A DNA stretch of 64,000 bases from a virus (IMGVR_UViG_3300048586_000294:184-64183); one strand, 5' to 3'. Shown: positions 40,071 to 49,810, numbered from the stretch's first letter. A program made the numbers and translations. The notes: generated by a model from the letters alone, not told the origin.

Positions 40071-43000
40071 TGCAGCGCCTCCACCTTCTCATCCAGCTCC
40101 TTGATGGCCTCGACAATCAGCGCCAACGCGCCCGCGTGAGCGATAGAGAGGGAGCCGTCTGCGTTGAGGTAAACCGACTCGGGTTGCACCTCGGCCAGCT
40201 CCTGCGCAATCAGCCCCGCTTCACGCGCACCCGCCTTGTCGTAAAGATTGCCAGTCAGGCGCTTCACCTTGGTCAAGGCATTGGTGATGGTCACGATGTT
40301 GGACTTGAGGCGGATGTCCGAACGGATGTAGACATCGTTGAAGTTACCGTTGCCTGACGCATAGACGCCGCCCGCCGTGTTGAGCGCGTCCCCATCTGTG
40401 CTGGCGACATAGACCTTCTTGCCGTTGTAGGCGCGGATCCAGCTGGTGTCAGTCATGTGCCAACCGCCGCCGTAGCTCTCGTTGTACCAGCCGGTTGCAC
40501 CGGTTGTCCGGATCCAGTTGCTCAGGGTCACGGTGCCATAGCTGCCACCATCGGCCATGTAGGCGTGGGTATGGCTTGTGGCAGCCTTGCTATCGAGCGC
40601 GGCTTGCAGACCGGTCACGTTGGCGATGGTGTGTGCGTGACCATTGTCGGTCACGGTGGCAGTCAGCGAGACGTTGGCCGAGCCATCAATACTGACGCTG
40701 CCGGTCACATCCCCCATGAGGGTCAGGGTTCTTGCTGTTGCCCACTTGGCCGCACTCACGGCGCTGGCACTGGCGGCCAAGGCGTCAGTGATGCCGTAGC
40801 CTGCCAAGGTGGTCGGCTTGCCAGTGGTGATCTTGCCCCAGTCGAGCGCCGGTATGTCGGCAGCAGCGAGGGGGTTCCCGCCCGTCACGCGCCCCTTGGC
40901 GTCCACTGTGACCTTGGGATAGGTGCCTTCGGTTACGCCCGAGGCGGCCAAGATGAGTGTGGGGGTGGCGTCCACGCTGCCGTCAAAGGCGAACGTGGCA
41001 GTGCCGTCACCGGACAAGGTGATGGTGCGGGCCGTTGCCAGCTTGCTGGCGCTCACGGCATTGCCAGTGTTGGGGAGTGCGTCGATGATGCCGTAGCCTG
41101 CCAGCGTGGTGGGTGTACCCGAGGTGATCTTGCCCCAGTCCAGACTAGGGATGTCACTGGCAGCCAAGGCGGTGCCGCTGATCACCCGCCCTTCACGGTT
41201 GATTGTGACTTTGGTGTAAGTGTTAGGGACAAGATCCGGCACGAAGGTGAATTGGGTGGCGGTGTAGCCACCAGGGATGCTGCCCGCTGTGTTCGGCGCG
41301 GTCAGTGTCCAGCCAAAGGGATCGAGCACTTCGGTGTTGACCACACATGAAGCCATCGCCCCCACAGCCCGCACGTCGAGATAGGCATAGTTGCCGGTCG
41401 CGGTCGGGTGGTAGACAAGACGCATCGCGTCAAAGCCGAGTGTGCCTTGCTCAGCATACGCAATCTGTTCGATGGAGATCGCTGCCGCGTTGATGATGTC
41501 GCAGGTAAAGCGGGCATGACCCATTTCGGTGCCCACGCTCCAGTAGAGCCGGAAGGTGCCACTGTTGCGGCCAATGTTGAGGGCCGAGGCGGCAATCCGA
41601 TACCACGAACCGGCCACGGTGGTGAAGGTGGCTGTCGCGGTCTTGCGCTGCGGTGTGTCCACGGATGGCGATACGCCAAGGGTGGTCTGCATCGCGGTAA
41701 TGCTGGTGTCATCGAGCAAGGTGCGAGCGGTCGCGGTCACGACCATGGTGCTTGCCACGTCCACGCCCGTGAAGTAGATCACCTTGTCCGCTGCGGTGAC
41801 TTGGGCCGCCATCGCCGTCAGGGTGGGGTCGTTTGGCTGGAGGGTCGGCAGGTCCGCCGCGACCAGGGAGACCACACCGCTCTTGCCGTTCACGCTGGTG
41901 ACGGCTTCGGTGTTGTCGATCTTGTAGTAGCTGGCCAAGGTCTTGGAGTAAACCAGCGTGTCGCCCACGCCATAGGTCTCGGCCCCTGCGATGCCGCCTA
42001 CGGTCACTTTCCAAAAGGTTGTCAGGTTCTGGCCGCCCGACTGGAGCGGGGCCGGATAGACGCCGCCGCTGAGATCCACACTCCCGCCATCGACCATCGC
42101 GCCTGTGGCGACCGTTGCCGCGTTCTCGGCACGCACGGCAGATGCCTCGGCTTCAGTGGCCGCCTGCGAACTCAATTCATACATGGCGACCGCGTTATTG
42201 GACGCGCTGTTGGCGGTTGCTGCGGATCTCGCGCTGTTCGCCTCGCTGATCTTGGCGTTGGTGTCGCTCAGGTTGGCGGCAGCCTCGCTCGCTTTGCTGT
42301 TGTTCTCAGAGGTCTTGGCGTTCACCTCGGCGGTTTTGCTATTGGACTCGGCGGTTTTGGCTGCGGTCTCACTCGCCTTGGCGTTGGTCTCGCTCGTCTT
42401 GCTGTTGGTTTCAGAGGTCTTCGCGTTTGTCTCGCTGGCTTTGCTGTTGATTTCGGCGGTCTTGCTCGCCATCTCGCTGGCCTTGCTATTGGCCTCGCTG
42501 ACCTTCGACATGTTCTCGGAGGTCTTGCTGTTCACTTCACTGGTCGAGGCGTTGGCCGCACTGGTCGCAGCCTGACCCGCAGCGGTAGTCGCCGTGGTCT
42601 TGTCTGCCACGACTTGGTTCATCATGGTGGTGACATTCGCCTTGTTGGCGGCGACTTGCGCGGTGTTGGTTGCGACCTCTTGGCGCAAACTGTCCAAGTA
42701 GCTGAACTCGATCAGGCGCTGCCAAAGGGAGGTGTTGAAGGTCACGCCGCTGTGCTTGACCAAGCAGAGGTAGACATCGCCGTTGTGGGTCACAAGGTCG
42801 GTCTGCTCATAGGGCATATTGGATTGCCACGCGCCTCGGCTTTGCAGCAGGCTGCCACCGGCTACGTCATGCCAACCATCCTCGGGGGCGATGAAGACGC
42901 CGAACCGGTATTGCAGGCGGCGGGTACTCTGGTTAACCCGAAACTCGAAGTTGTCCGGATCCAGCTCGCCAAGCTCATTGAAGACCAAGGAGAGCAGCTC

Positions 43001-43120
43001 GGGCAGCGGTTTGCCCCCCATTTCGCAGGCTTCAAGGTAGATGTCGAGAATGTGCTCGCCGGTCGCGTTGGAGCGAAAGCGAAGGTCTTCCGCTGCGGGG
43101 CGGGTGCGCTGGTCGCTCAT
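40067..43120 (-). CDS. Tail fibre with C-terminal S74 intramolecular chaperone
   Basis: SETN(S/A)K(T/A) heptads; KVTVDAKGRV and PTTLAGYGI.DA repeats; YIRSDIRLKSNI...GLIAQE. Confidence 0.9.
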   Translation of the reverse strand: MSDQRTRPAAEDLRFRSNATGEHILDIYLEACEMGGKPLPELLSLVFNELGELDPDNFEFRVNQSTRRLQYRFGVFIAPEDGWHDVAGGSLLQSRGAWQSNMPYEQTDLVTHNGDVYLCLVKHSGVTFNTSLWQRLIEFSYLDSLRQEVATNTAQVAANKANVTTMMNQVVADKTTATTAAGQAATSAANASTSEVNSKTSENMSKVSEANSKASEMASKTAEINSKASETNAKTSETNSKTSETNAKASETAAKTAESNSKTAEVNAKTSENNSKASEAAANLSDTNAKISEANSARSAATANSASNNAVAMYELSSQAATEAEASAVRAENAATVATGAMVDGGSVDLSGGVYPAPLQSGGQNLTTFWKVTVGGIAGAETYGVGDTLVYSKTLASYYKIDNTEAVTSVNGKSGVVSLVAADLPTLQPNDPTLTAMAAQVTAADKVIYFTGVDVASTMVVTATARTLLDDTSITAMQTTLGVSPSVDTPQRKTATATFTTVAGSWYRIAASALNIGRNSGTFRLYWSVGTEMGHARFTCDIINAAAISIEQIAYAEQGTLGFDAMRLVYHPTATGNYAYLDVRAVGAMASCVVNTEVLDPFGWTLTAPNTAGSIPGGYTATQFTFVPDLVPNTYTKVTINREGRVISGTALAASDIPSLDWGKITSGTPTTLAGYGIIDALPNTGNAVSASKLATARTITLSGDGTATFAFDGSVDATPTLILAASGVTEGTYPKVTVDAKGRVTGGNPLAAADIPALDWGKITTGKPTTLAGYGITDALAASASAVSAAKWATARTLTLMGDVTGSVSIDGSANVSLTATVTDNGHAHTIANVTGLQAALDSKAATSHTHAYMADGGSYGTVTLSNWIRTTGATGWYNESYGGGWHMTDTSWIRAYNGKKVYVASTDGDALNTAGGVYASGNGNFNDVYIRSDIRLKSNIVTITNALTKVKRLTGNLYDKAGAREAGLIAQELAEVQPESVYLNADGSLSIAHAGALALIVEAIKELDEKVEALQ

Positions 43121-43121
43121 A

Positions 43122-43394
43122 TCACTGACCCTCGCTTAGGATCTCGCGCACGATCTTGCGCAAGGCGGCGCGGTTGGCCGCGTACCGGTCAACGGACTGG
43201 ACGCCTTCGACTTGGCGCTCAATGACACAGAGGCGGGCATAGATCTCGTCTGCGGCAGTGTCGATGGATGCCTGGCTCGGCAGCGTGGCCACGGCTTGCT
43301 TGATGATGTCCAGCTCGCCATAGACGGCACGACGAAACTCGGACTGGCTCTGGTTGATGGCCTCAACGGTGGCGGTCAGTTGCTCGATGGTCAT
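43122..43394 (-). CDS. Hypothetical coiled-coil protein
   Basis: TGATG coupling to the portal stop; start MTIEQL. Confidence 0.6.
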   Translation of the reverse strand: MTIEQLTATVEAINQSQSEFRRAVYGELDIIKQAVATLPSQASIDTAADEIYARLCVIERQVEGVQSVDRYAANRAALRKIVREILSEGQ

Positions 43395-45289
43395 CACTGC
43401 TTCCTCGCTTGACGGAGCGGGATCAGGTTGCCCTTCTGTACGTCGGACTGGATCTGATCCTCGGACTGGACGGATGCGCCACGCATCTTTTCGAGCATGG
43501 CCAGCTGCTGGGAGGGGGACGGCCCTTGGGCCTGCTTCTCTTGGGTAATGCGAAACTGGTCGAGGTCGGGGACACCCATCGAGCGGATCGCTTCTTCCAC
43601 GATCCGTGGCATGTCGAACTCCATCATCATGCCGGTCTGGTTGAGTACCTGGAGCATGTTCATCCACGTCTCGGGGCTGCGGGTCGGCTCGATGGGAAGG
43701 GTGCCGTCCACCACCAGATAGTCGATGTTCCCTTGCAGGTCTTTCACCCCGTAATCGAGGTAGCCCTCCTGGGTCATACCAGCCAAGTTGCTGGGCATGT
43801 TCGACTGGTCGAGGCGGATGCTCCCCTCATAGGCCATCGCGTCTTGGATGTTGCTGACCATCATCCTCACCATGGGCCGGACGGTGGTGGCAGAGAGGAC
43901 GCGGCTGATGACACCAAGGCGTTGGCTGCCAAGTTGGGTGAGGCGCTGGATCTCGGTGGCGGTACGGATGCCATCGGCGGTCGGCATGCCTTGCTGGGCG
44001 TCACTGGCAGCGGCGAGGCGCTGCTTCATGTCACTCAAGGCGGCGATGTCGTTCCAGTGGCCACGGGTGATGTCGGGCACTTGGGCCACGAAGAAGCCTT
44101 CTCCAGGCTTGGCTCCAGGCATGGTCTGCACCACACCCCACGGGTTGCGGTCAATCAGGTCGTTGATGTTGACCATGGTGGGGTCGGCAAAGATCAGGTT
44201 GTTGAGGGAGGCTTGCACGTTGTCCACGCGGCTTCTGAGCAGCCAAGTAGCGATGTCGTGCAGCGGCAGCAGCAAGTCGTAGAGGGACTGGGCATGGCTC
44301 TTGTGGACATCGTTGAACAGGCCGCCGATGGTGACGGGGAACTGTCTGCCGTAGGGGTTGAACTGGAAGCGGATGACGGCCTCTTCGTCATAGACGGTCA
44401 TGACCAGCCACACCTCGTCCCAGTCGGGGATACCAATTTGATAACCGGCCACTCGAAACCAACACTCGTCCGTGACGTGCGCATTGCCAAGGTTGAAGTA
44501 GCTGTCGCTCTCCTTGCTCCATTCAGTGTTCGGGTCGATGGAGAGGCCGCGTCCCTCTTCCCGTGTCCACTGGTGGGCACTCCAGCCGAAGGAGGTGGGC
44601 GACTCGCCAAGCTGAGGGAACAGCTTGAGCTTGGGGTACAGGCCGGTCTGGATCAGGGCGTGGTAGCTGGCGAAGTCGGCAAAGCAAATGAACTGCATCC
44701 GCTCCCAGTCGCCCCAGTTAACGCGGGGGTCGTGGAATGAGCGGCGCGGGTCAACGTTGATCAGCTCGTTGCTGTTGGTCTTCTTGTTCCACACCACCTT
44801 GGTGGGCGCGTAGCCGTAGCGGATGGAGTCAAGGCAGAGCTGGGCCACCCGCGCCTCGGCGGCAGTGCGGCGTATCTGCTGGTGCAACACCCGCTCCATG
44901 ATGGCGCTCGCCTGTCGGCTCTTGCGGTTGAGTCCTTCCAGTTGGAAGACGGGATTGCGTCCTGTGAGGGCCGCCATCATGTAGGTGAGCACGGTGTCAC
45001 TGATGGCACGGGTGTCGGCAATCACCGCCTTCTCACGGAACTCGGTGGCCTCCGGTGGCACGTACACATCATGGGCGCGGTCGGCCTGCTTCCAATGGCT
45101 GTAGCGTTTGCTGATGCTGGCGTGGCTCATGTCGAGCATGGCCTTGGCATAGTCAACCAGCTTGCGCTCCTGCTCATCGGTCAGTAGCGGGCTGATGTCG
45201 TCATAGTTCTCAAGGGCGGCCTTGAATTGACTGAGATCGACCAGTAGACCCTGATCGGCTTGGGCGGGGCGGTCACGATAGTTGGCCAC
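43394..45289 (-). CDS. Portal protein
   Basis: 631 aa, downstream of terminase; QQG....RTATE motif of podovirus portals. Confidence 0.82.
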   Translation of the reverse strand: MANYRDRPAQADQGLLVDLSQFKAALENYDDISPLLTDEQERKLVDYAKAMLDMSHASISKRYSHWKQADRAHDVYVPPEATEFREKAVIADTRAISDTVLTYMMAALTGRNPVFQLEGLNRKSRQASAIMERVLHQQIRRTAAEARVAQLCLDSIRYGYAPTKVVWNKKTNSNELINVDPRRSFHDPRVNWGDWERMQFICFADFASYHALIQTGLYPKLKLFPQLGESPTSFGWSAHQWTREEGRGLSIDPNTEWSKESDSYFNLGNAHVTDECWFRVAGYQIGIPDWDEVWLVMTVYDEEAVIRFQFNPYGRQFPVTIGGLFNDVHKSHAQSLYDLLLPLHDIATWLLRSRVDNVQASLNNLIFADPTMVNINDLIDRNPWGVVQTMPGAKPGEGFFVAQVPDITRGHWNDIAALSDMKQRLAAASDAQQGMPTADGIRTATEIQRLTQLGSQRLGVISRVLSATTVRPMVRMMVSNIQDAMAYEGSIRLDQSNMPSNLAGMTQEGYLDYGVKDLQGNIDYLVVDGTLPIEPTRSPETWMNMLQVLNQTGMMMEFDMPRIVEEAIRSMGVPDLDQFRITQEKQAQGPSPSQQLAMLEKMRGASVQSEDQIQSDVQKGNLIPLRQARKQ

Positions 45290-45315
45290 GGCATCGACTC
45301 CATGTTAGATGCCGT

Positions 45316-45346
45316 ATTGTCAGCACTCGGAAAACATGGGTCGTCC
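45316..45346 (-). promoter_or_regulatory. Late promoter-like motif GGACGAC-N18-GACAAT
   Basis: Copy upstream of portal. Confidence 0.7.
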
Positions 45347-45409
45347 TGATGCGCTACTCAAACGGTTGCGAATTATGGTAGCTTTTGGACCTCATATTCA
45401 GGGGGTGAG

Positions 45410-45979
45410 ATGAAGAACGGATCAATTATTGTGGCGGTTGTTGGGCTATTGTCGGTGGGGGCTATCATGGGTGCAGTGCTCACGCGCGAGCACGGTGACT
45501 ATTTATCATTGCTAACCACCATCGCAACAATATTACAGACATGTATTAGCGGATTGACGCTATGGGTTGCATTTTGGGCCTTTCAATCTTGGCGGCGTCA
45601 GTTCATTTATCCACGGTATGTGGATGCCATGCTTGAAATTCGTGCTGCATTTATTCAGTGCGTTGATTCTTTTGATCCGACCATCCGAACCTATGGGCTA
45701 TCTCAATACACAATTTCTGGAAAACAAGAAAAGGCAGAAATGATGCATGGCTTATTGGAGTCACTGCAAATTGTTATAACCCGTAATAACTTCCTTATTA
45801 AACGCTTTGCGTCAGATGAATTGCTGTGGTTCTTTCAATCGTTGGAACAACGGTTTAGAGATATATTTCACAACATCGTGTTTGCTAAAAATAAAAGTGA
45901 CAGACTTGCCGCTGTGAATAGCTTACTCCAGCTCAATGCCAAGTTTTCAGACATGTACGACAGTGGTTGGCCTCGGTAG
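45410..45979 (+). CDS. AT-rich moron, two-TM membrane protein
   Basis: Opposite strand between terminase and portal; low GC; two N-terminal hydrophobic helices. Confidence 0.72.
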   Translation: MKNGSIIVAVVGLLSVGAIMGAVLTREHGDYLSLLTTIATILQTCISGLTLWVAFWAFQSWRRQFIYPRYVDAMLEIRAAFIQCVDSFDPTIRTYGLSQYTISGKQEKAEMMHGLLESLQIVITRNNFLIKRFASDELLWFFQSLEQRFRDIFHNIVFAKNKSDRLAAVNSLLQLNAKFSDMYDSGWPR

Positions 45980-45984
45980 GCAAA

Positions 45985-47676
45985 TTAGCTGCCAAGACGG
46001 CGCATCGGTCTGACATTGCTGGCGTTGAGAGACTGAGGGCCGGAGAGGCGCTGGCTGTTCTTGACGGTCTGAAGCAAGCTGGCGCCACCCAGCGCATCGA
46101 AGTTGGGCGTGGCGTACCGGCTCAGGGTATCGAGGGTGATGGTCAGCGCGTCCACTTGGTCGTCATTGGCACAGTTGGGGAACTGGCTGCATTCGAGGGT
46201 GAACACATCGAGCCAAGGGGCGGAGCGCGGCAAAAAGACGCGGCCCCCTTCGATCATCGGCGTGACCAGACTGGCCCGCGTTACCTTGTCACCTGACGGC
46301 AGCTTGTAGGGAATGACGCTCACACCGGACTCGCGGCGCATTTCCTGGATCAGGCTCTGGCCACTGGCCTTGTCTTCCACGTAGAAGCCGCGCAGCCCTT
46401 GTCCGCGATACATGGCGTTGAGCTGGAGCATCTTGCGTTTGAGGGCGGGGAAGTCCCATTTGCCTCGGTGCAGGTCAAGTACGTAGATGTCACCGGAGCG
46501 GCTGAGACCGGCGACCAGCATGACCGAGTAATCGGCACGCTCGTTGGTCTTGAAGGCGGTATCCACGCCGATGATGATGGCGCTCATTTCGAGCAGGTCG
46601 GTGTAGAACTGCCACCAGGATTCCTTGATGAGGTTGCCCCCCTTGATGTAGGGGGTTTGCTGGTAGAGCGCTTCAAAGTCGCGCTCGTTGAGGCGCTTCT
46701 TCTTCTTGAGCCAATCGAGGGGAAACCGCTCTGGCCAGAGGGCCGACTCAAGGGGCTTATAAACGTAATTGCCACCGCCCGCCTTGAGCTGGTCAGTAGG
46801 CCGGTACTTGGGGTGATCTTCTGGAAGCGTGTCACGGCGCACCCTGATGCCGGAGTCTTGATACTCGATGGCCTTGAAGTTGATGTGCAGCCACTCGCCA
46901 TCCTTCCATTCATCGGTATCCTGAATGCGCCCGCCAAGGTCGTCAGGATGCCAACGGGTGAGAATGACCAAGCGTTTTGGGTGAGTACCGTCCACTTCGG
47001 GTTGAAGACGAGTATCCAGGGCCGAGGTGTAGAAGTCCCACACACGGTTGCGCTGGGTGAGCGACTCTGCCTCGATGCGTGACTTCACGGGGTCGTCCAC
47101 GATCAAGAGCGTTGCCGGTCGGCCCGAGGTAGTGCCACCCACACCAATGGAGTAGTACGCGCCACCGTCGGTGGTGCGCCAGTTGTCCACGGCGGTGGCC
47201 TTGGCATTGAGGATGAAGTCGGGGAAGACCTGGGAGAACTTTGGGTCTTCGATGATCATCTGTATGTTGCGGCCAAAGCCGCTGGCCAAGTCGGAGTTGT
47301 ACGCCGTGGTCATGCAGTAGCGTGAGGGGCGGCGGCCCATGTAGTAGGCGGGGAACAGCTCGGTGCAGTAGCTCGACTTGCTGTGACGCGGTGGCATGTT
47401 GACCATCGCATTATTGATCTTCTTGGCGTCCGGCTTGCGCTCGTAATGGAAGGGGACGCCCTTCTGCTTGCACGTCCAGAAGCGGGAGAACTCGGCCTCA
47501 AAGTCGCTATACAGGATGTCCTTTTCGAGCCGGTCCAACAGGAGTGCGAGCTTGTAATGGAATTTTGGGATCACCCAGTCTGGATGGAAGAGGGTGACAA
47601 ATGAGACGAAGGATTCGCCCGCATCACGGATCTGGAGAAGGTACTTGGCGAGTTCGGTTTTGTTGTGTTGTGTCAT
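45985..47676 (-). CDS. terL: Terminase large subunit
   Basis: NMPPRHSKS, LLIVDDPVK, LTRWH.DD, GVDTA, VEDKASG, DDQVDA. Confidence 0.95.
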   Translation of the reverse strand: MTQHNKTELAKYLLQIRDAGESFVSFVTLFHPDWVIPKFHYKLALLLDRLEKDILYSDFEAEFSRFWTCKQKGVPFHYERKPDAKKINNAMVNMPPRHSKSSYCTELFPAYYMGRRPSRYCMTTAYNSDLASGFGRNIQMIIEDPKFSQVFPDFILNAKATAVDNWRTTDGGAYYSIGVGGTTSGRPATLLIVDDPVKSRIEAESLTQRNRVWDFYTSALDTRLQPEVDGTHPKRLVILTRWHPDDLGGRIQDTDEWKDGEWLHINFKAIEYQDSGIRVRRDTLPEDHPKYRPTDQLKAGGGNYVYKPLESALWPERFPLDWLKKKKRLNERDFEALYQQTPYIKGGNLIKESWWQFYTDLLEMSAIIIGVDTAFKTNERADYSVMLVAGLSRSGDIYVLDLHRGKWDFPALKRKMLQLNAMYRGQGLRGFYVEDKASGQSLIQEMRRESGVSVIPYKLPSGDKVTRASLVTPMIEGGRVFLPRSAPWLDVFTLECSQFPNCANDDQVDALTITLDTLSRYATPNFDALGGASLLQTVKNSQRLSGPQSLNASNVRPMRRLGS

Positions 47677-47700
47677 GGTGGCCCCCGCTTACTGGGAGCC

Positions 47701-47731
47701 ACCATAGGGAGAATGGCGGGGGCGGTCGTCC
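47701..47731 (-). promoter_or_regulatory. Late promoter-like motif GGACGAC-N18-TATGGT
   Basis: Copy upstream of terL. Confidence 0.7.
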
Positions 47732-47988
47732 TACAGGGCGGGATGTCCGAAGAGAATGAAATCCCTCTCTTCGCTGCTTATGAGGCCGTTCCTATGCCAT
47801 GCCAAGATGGTCAGAACGTTCACTTGCCGGTATCCCTTTTCCCAGTTCTTGAGGGTGGTCTCTTTTGCGCCAATTCGTTCGCACACAACGGCTCTGGAAC
47901 CACATGAGTGCCTCCATTCACTGAGGCGATGACGGATCTCGTTGTTGAGATCTTCCTCCGCCTTTTGGTTGTTCATGTAATTTACCAC
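47731..47988 (-). CDS. XRE-family HTH protein
   Basis: LSEWR...SRAVVCERIGAKETTLKNWEKG. Confidence 0.75.
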   Translation of the reverse strand: MVNYMNNQKAEEDLNNEIRHRLSEWRHSCGSRAVVCERIGAKETTLKNWEKGYRQVNVLTILAWHRNGLISSEERDFILFGHPAL

Positions 47989-48041
47989 CGATCCTCCTTT
48001 TGGTTTTCAAGGGCGATCCTCACACAACACAAATACCCCTT

Positions 48042-48281
48042 TCAAGATAGTGACAGGGCCATTTTCTTTCTAAATTCCATCGTTTCGATGGCTTGGTTTA
48101 GTTGTTGTTGTGTCTTCGGGTCGTCAATTGTGTGTGCCATGATCCTCATCAAGTGTTCGTGCATCGCATCACTGCGTCGGTCCAGTGGGATGCGGGTCAG
48201 GTCAAGGGACTGAATGGCCTCTACGAACCACTGGAGGCTGACGTTGGTTGGGATACGGTTCTCTTCGCTCTTGGTGATCAT
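48042..48281 (-). CDS. Hypothetical protein
   Basis: ATGA-coupled ORF. Confidence 0.55.
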   Translation of the reverse strand: MITKSEENRIPTNVSLQWFVEAIQSLDLTRIPLDRRSDAMHEHLMRIMAHTIDDPKTQQQLNQAIETMEFRKKMALSLS

Positions 48282-48739
48282 AGGAGCGGGTTCTCCATTT
48301 CAATGGCACGGTCGATAAGTGCATCGCTATAGGGCTGGCAACCGTTCTCCTCGCGGATGATCCCCTTGATGACCCGCCGCATCGTCTTCGGACTAAAAAC
48401 GTTGAAGGGTTCACCAGGGTTGATGCCGCAGTAACTGGCCAAGCGCCACACGTAGCGGTTGGTCTCGTTCTCGGCAGGTGGAGCCCAGCGCATGATGATC
48501 TCGTATACGGTGTCGATGTTGGCTGCGCCGTAGCCTGGGAGTCCCTTCTGTTTACTGTAGCTACGCAAGATGCGTACCATCGCCCTAATACCGTACTCGG
48601 GACTGACGAAGACACAGAACTTGCCATCATGTTTGCTCTCGGCCAGGCCATCCCATTGGGTGCCGTTCCAGATCACGTTGCCTGGGTTGTGGTTGCGGAT
48701 GCCACGAACCTCGAAGGCCAACGGCTTGAGCAGCTTCAT
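48278..48739 (-). CDS. RGIRNxNPGN-type lysozyme-like virion protein
   Basis: RGIRNHNPGNV...F.SPEYGIRA...RWAPPAENET..Y...IIREENG. Confidence 0.78.
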   Translation of the reverse strand: MKLLKPLAFEVRGIRNHNPGNVIWNGTQWDGLAESKHDGKFCVFVSPEYGIRAMVRILRSYSKQKGLPGYGAANIDTVYEIIMRWAPPAENETNRYVWRLASYCGINPGEPFNVFSPKTMRRVIKGIIREENGCQPYSDALIDRAIEMENPLL

Positions 48740-49020
48740 TCGTCCCATGGCTCGTCCTCGTCTTCTGCGTTTTCGTCTACGTAGATGGGCGTGGAGGGGC
48801 CAAGGTAGGCGCCCTCGATGTTGAAGCCAAACCATTCCACGGCGTCATCGGGTGTCATGCCTTCGTGGTCAACGAGCACTTCCAGGATCTTGTCGATGGA
48901 GTAGACGGCGCGGGCTTGATGGCTGTCGCCGGTCTGCTCGACCCGATAGCCAATGAGAGCGCGGTCAAAGTGCGACGGCAGCACGGAGGCAGGGTTAAGC
49001 CAGCTGATCCCTTTGCTCAT
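48736..49020 (-). CDS. Phage hypothetical protein
   Basis: AVYSIDKILEVL...GMT.DDA.EWF.FNIEGAY.G..TP. Confidence 0.65.
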   Translation of the reverse strand: MSKGISWLNPASVLPSHFDRALIGYRVEQTGDSHQARAVYSIDKILEVLVDHEGMTPDDAVEWFGFNIEGAYLGPSTPIYVDENAEDEDEPWDE

Positions 49021-49394
49021 TAGCTTCTCCCTGCCAGTTCGCCCTCGATGGCACGGGACTCGGCCACCATCCGCTCCAGTTCTTCACGGGTCAGCTGGTC
49101 AGGGCGAGAGTGGGTGTGCTCAATGGTGGCTTGGCTCACCTTGAGGTCGGGCAGCACTTTGTTGAGCAGGGCGGTAAACAGGCGAGTCTGGTTGGGAGAC
49201 CAGATCACTGCGCCATCCAGGACATCGCGCACGGTATCCAGACGGGACATGACGGTGTGATAGCAGGATCGGCGCACCATCATCTGTTCTTCTTTGGTGA
49301 TGGCCAGCTCGGAAGCGGACTTGCCGCGATAGGCTTCGATTTCGGACGGGCGGCCACGGGCGCGGCGGCCCGATGGACTGTCGGGGATCTTCAT
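49020..49394 (-). CDS. Putative terminase small subunit
   Basis: First late gene; WSPNQTRLFTALLNKVLPDL; GGGAG RBS before MKIPDS. Confidence 0.6.
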   Translation of the reverse strand: MKIPDSPSGRRARGRPSEIEAYRGKSASELAITKEEQMMVRRSCYHTVMSRLDTVRDVLDGAVIWSPNQTRLFTALLNKVLPDLKVSQATIEHTHSRPDQLTREELERMVAESRAIEGELAGRS

Positions 49395-49450
49395 GGTGGC
49401 GCTCCCAGCGTTTCGAAAAAATGGCGCGAATGTAGACGGTGCTGGGTGAC

Positions 49451-49481
49451 AAAATAATGAGCGTGCTCGGCGGGGTCGTCC
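49451..49481 (-). promoter_or_regulatory. Late promoter-like motif GGACGAC-N18-TATTTT
   Basis: Copy at the head of the late region. Confidence 0.7.
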
Positions 49482-49572
49482 CACCCCCCCTTCCTTTTTC
49501 CGACCCTCTCCCCCCCCCCCTTTTTTCCCTCTCATGCCCTTCTTTTTTCTATTTCTGCGCCTAACCATCCTC

Positions 49573-49585
49573 TAAGTCATTGATT
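49573..49585 (-). promoter_or_regulatory. IHF-binding consensus
   Basis: Minus strand AATCAA-TGAC-TTA matches WATCAANNNNTTR. Confidence 0.55.
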
Positions 49586-49742
49586 GAATTGGAAAGTACG
49601 TTTCCTGTCATAGGAAACGAACCCACTCTTTTTGATATGTTTATCCTATTAATTTCGCATCAATCAATGCCATTCCTCGATTGATATCCACGTTACGAAT
49701 GGCTTAACCCAGATCTGCAAAATGTTCTCAATTCCCCCAACA

Positions 49743-49771
49743 ACCCCCTAAAGGGGGTATTAAATCTTGGG
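49743..49771 (+). promoter_or_regulatory. Early hairpin motif, copy 1
   Basis: ACCCCC-TAAA-GGGGGT A TTAAATCTTGGG. Confidence 0.65.
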
Positions 49772-49810
49772 GCGACCGACTCGGATAGTCCGACCGGATT
49801 TACTTCGACC

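Noticed and set aside
40067-43120. Diversity-generating retroelement or invertible tail-fibre switch
   Set aside because: No reverse transcriptase, TR/VR pair or adjacent invertase seen; the internal repeats are ordinary fibre repeats
10484-47082. Long plus-strand ORFs antisense to late genes (e.g. 12866-14728, 21725-23656, 30786-31970, 41408-43225, 43409-44740)
   Set aside because: Shadow frames of GC-rich coding sequence; no recognisable motifs, and they overlap real genes almost completely
49395-49568. N-terminal Lys/Gly/Arg-rich extension of the terS-like ORF
   Set aside because: It is translation of the homopolymer tract and spans the late promoter motif; a better RBS and ATG are at 49394
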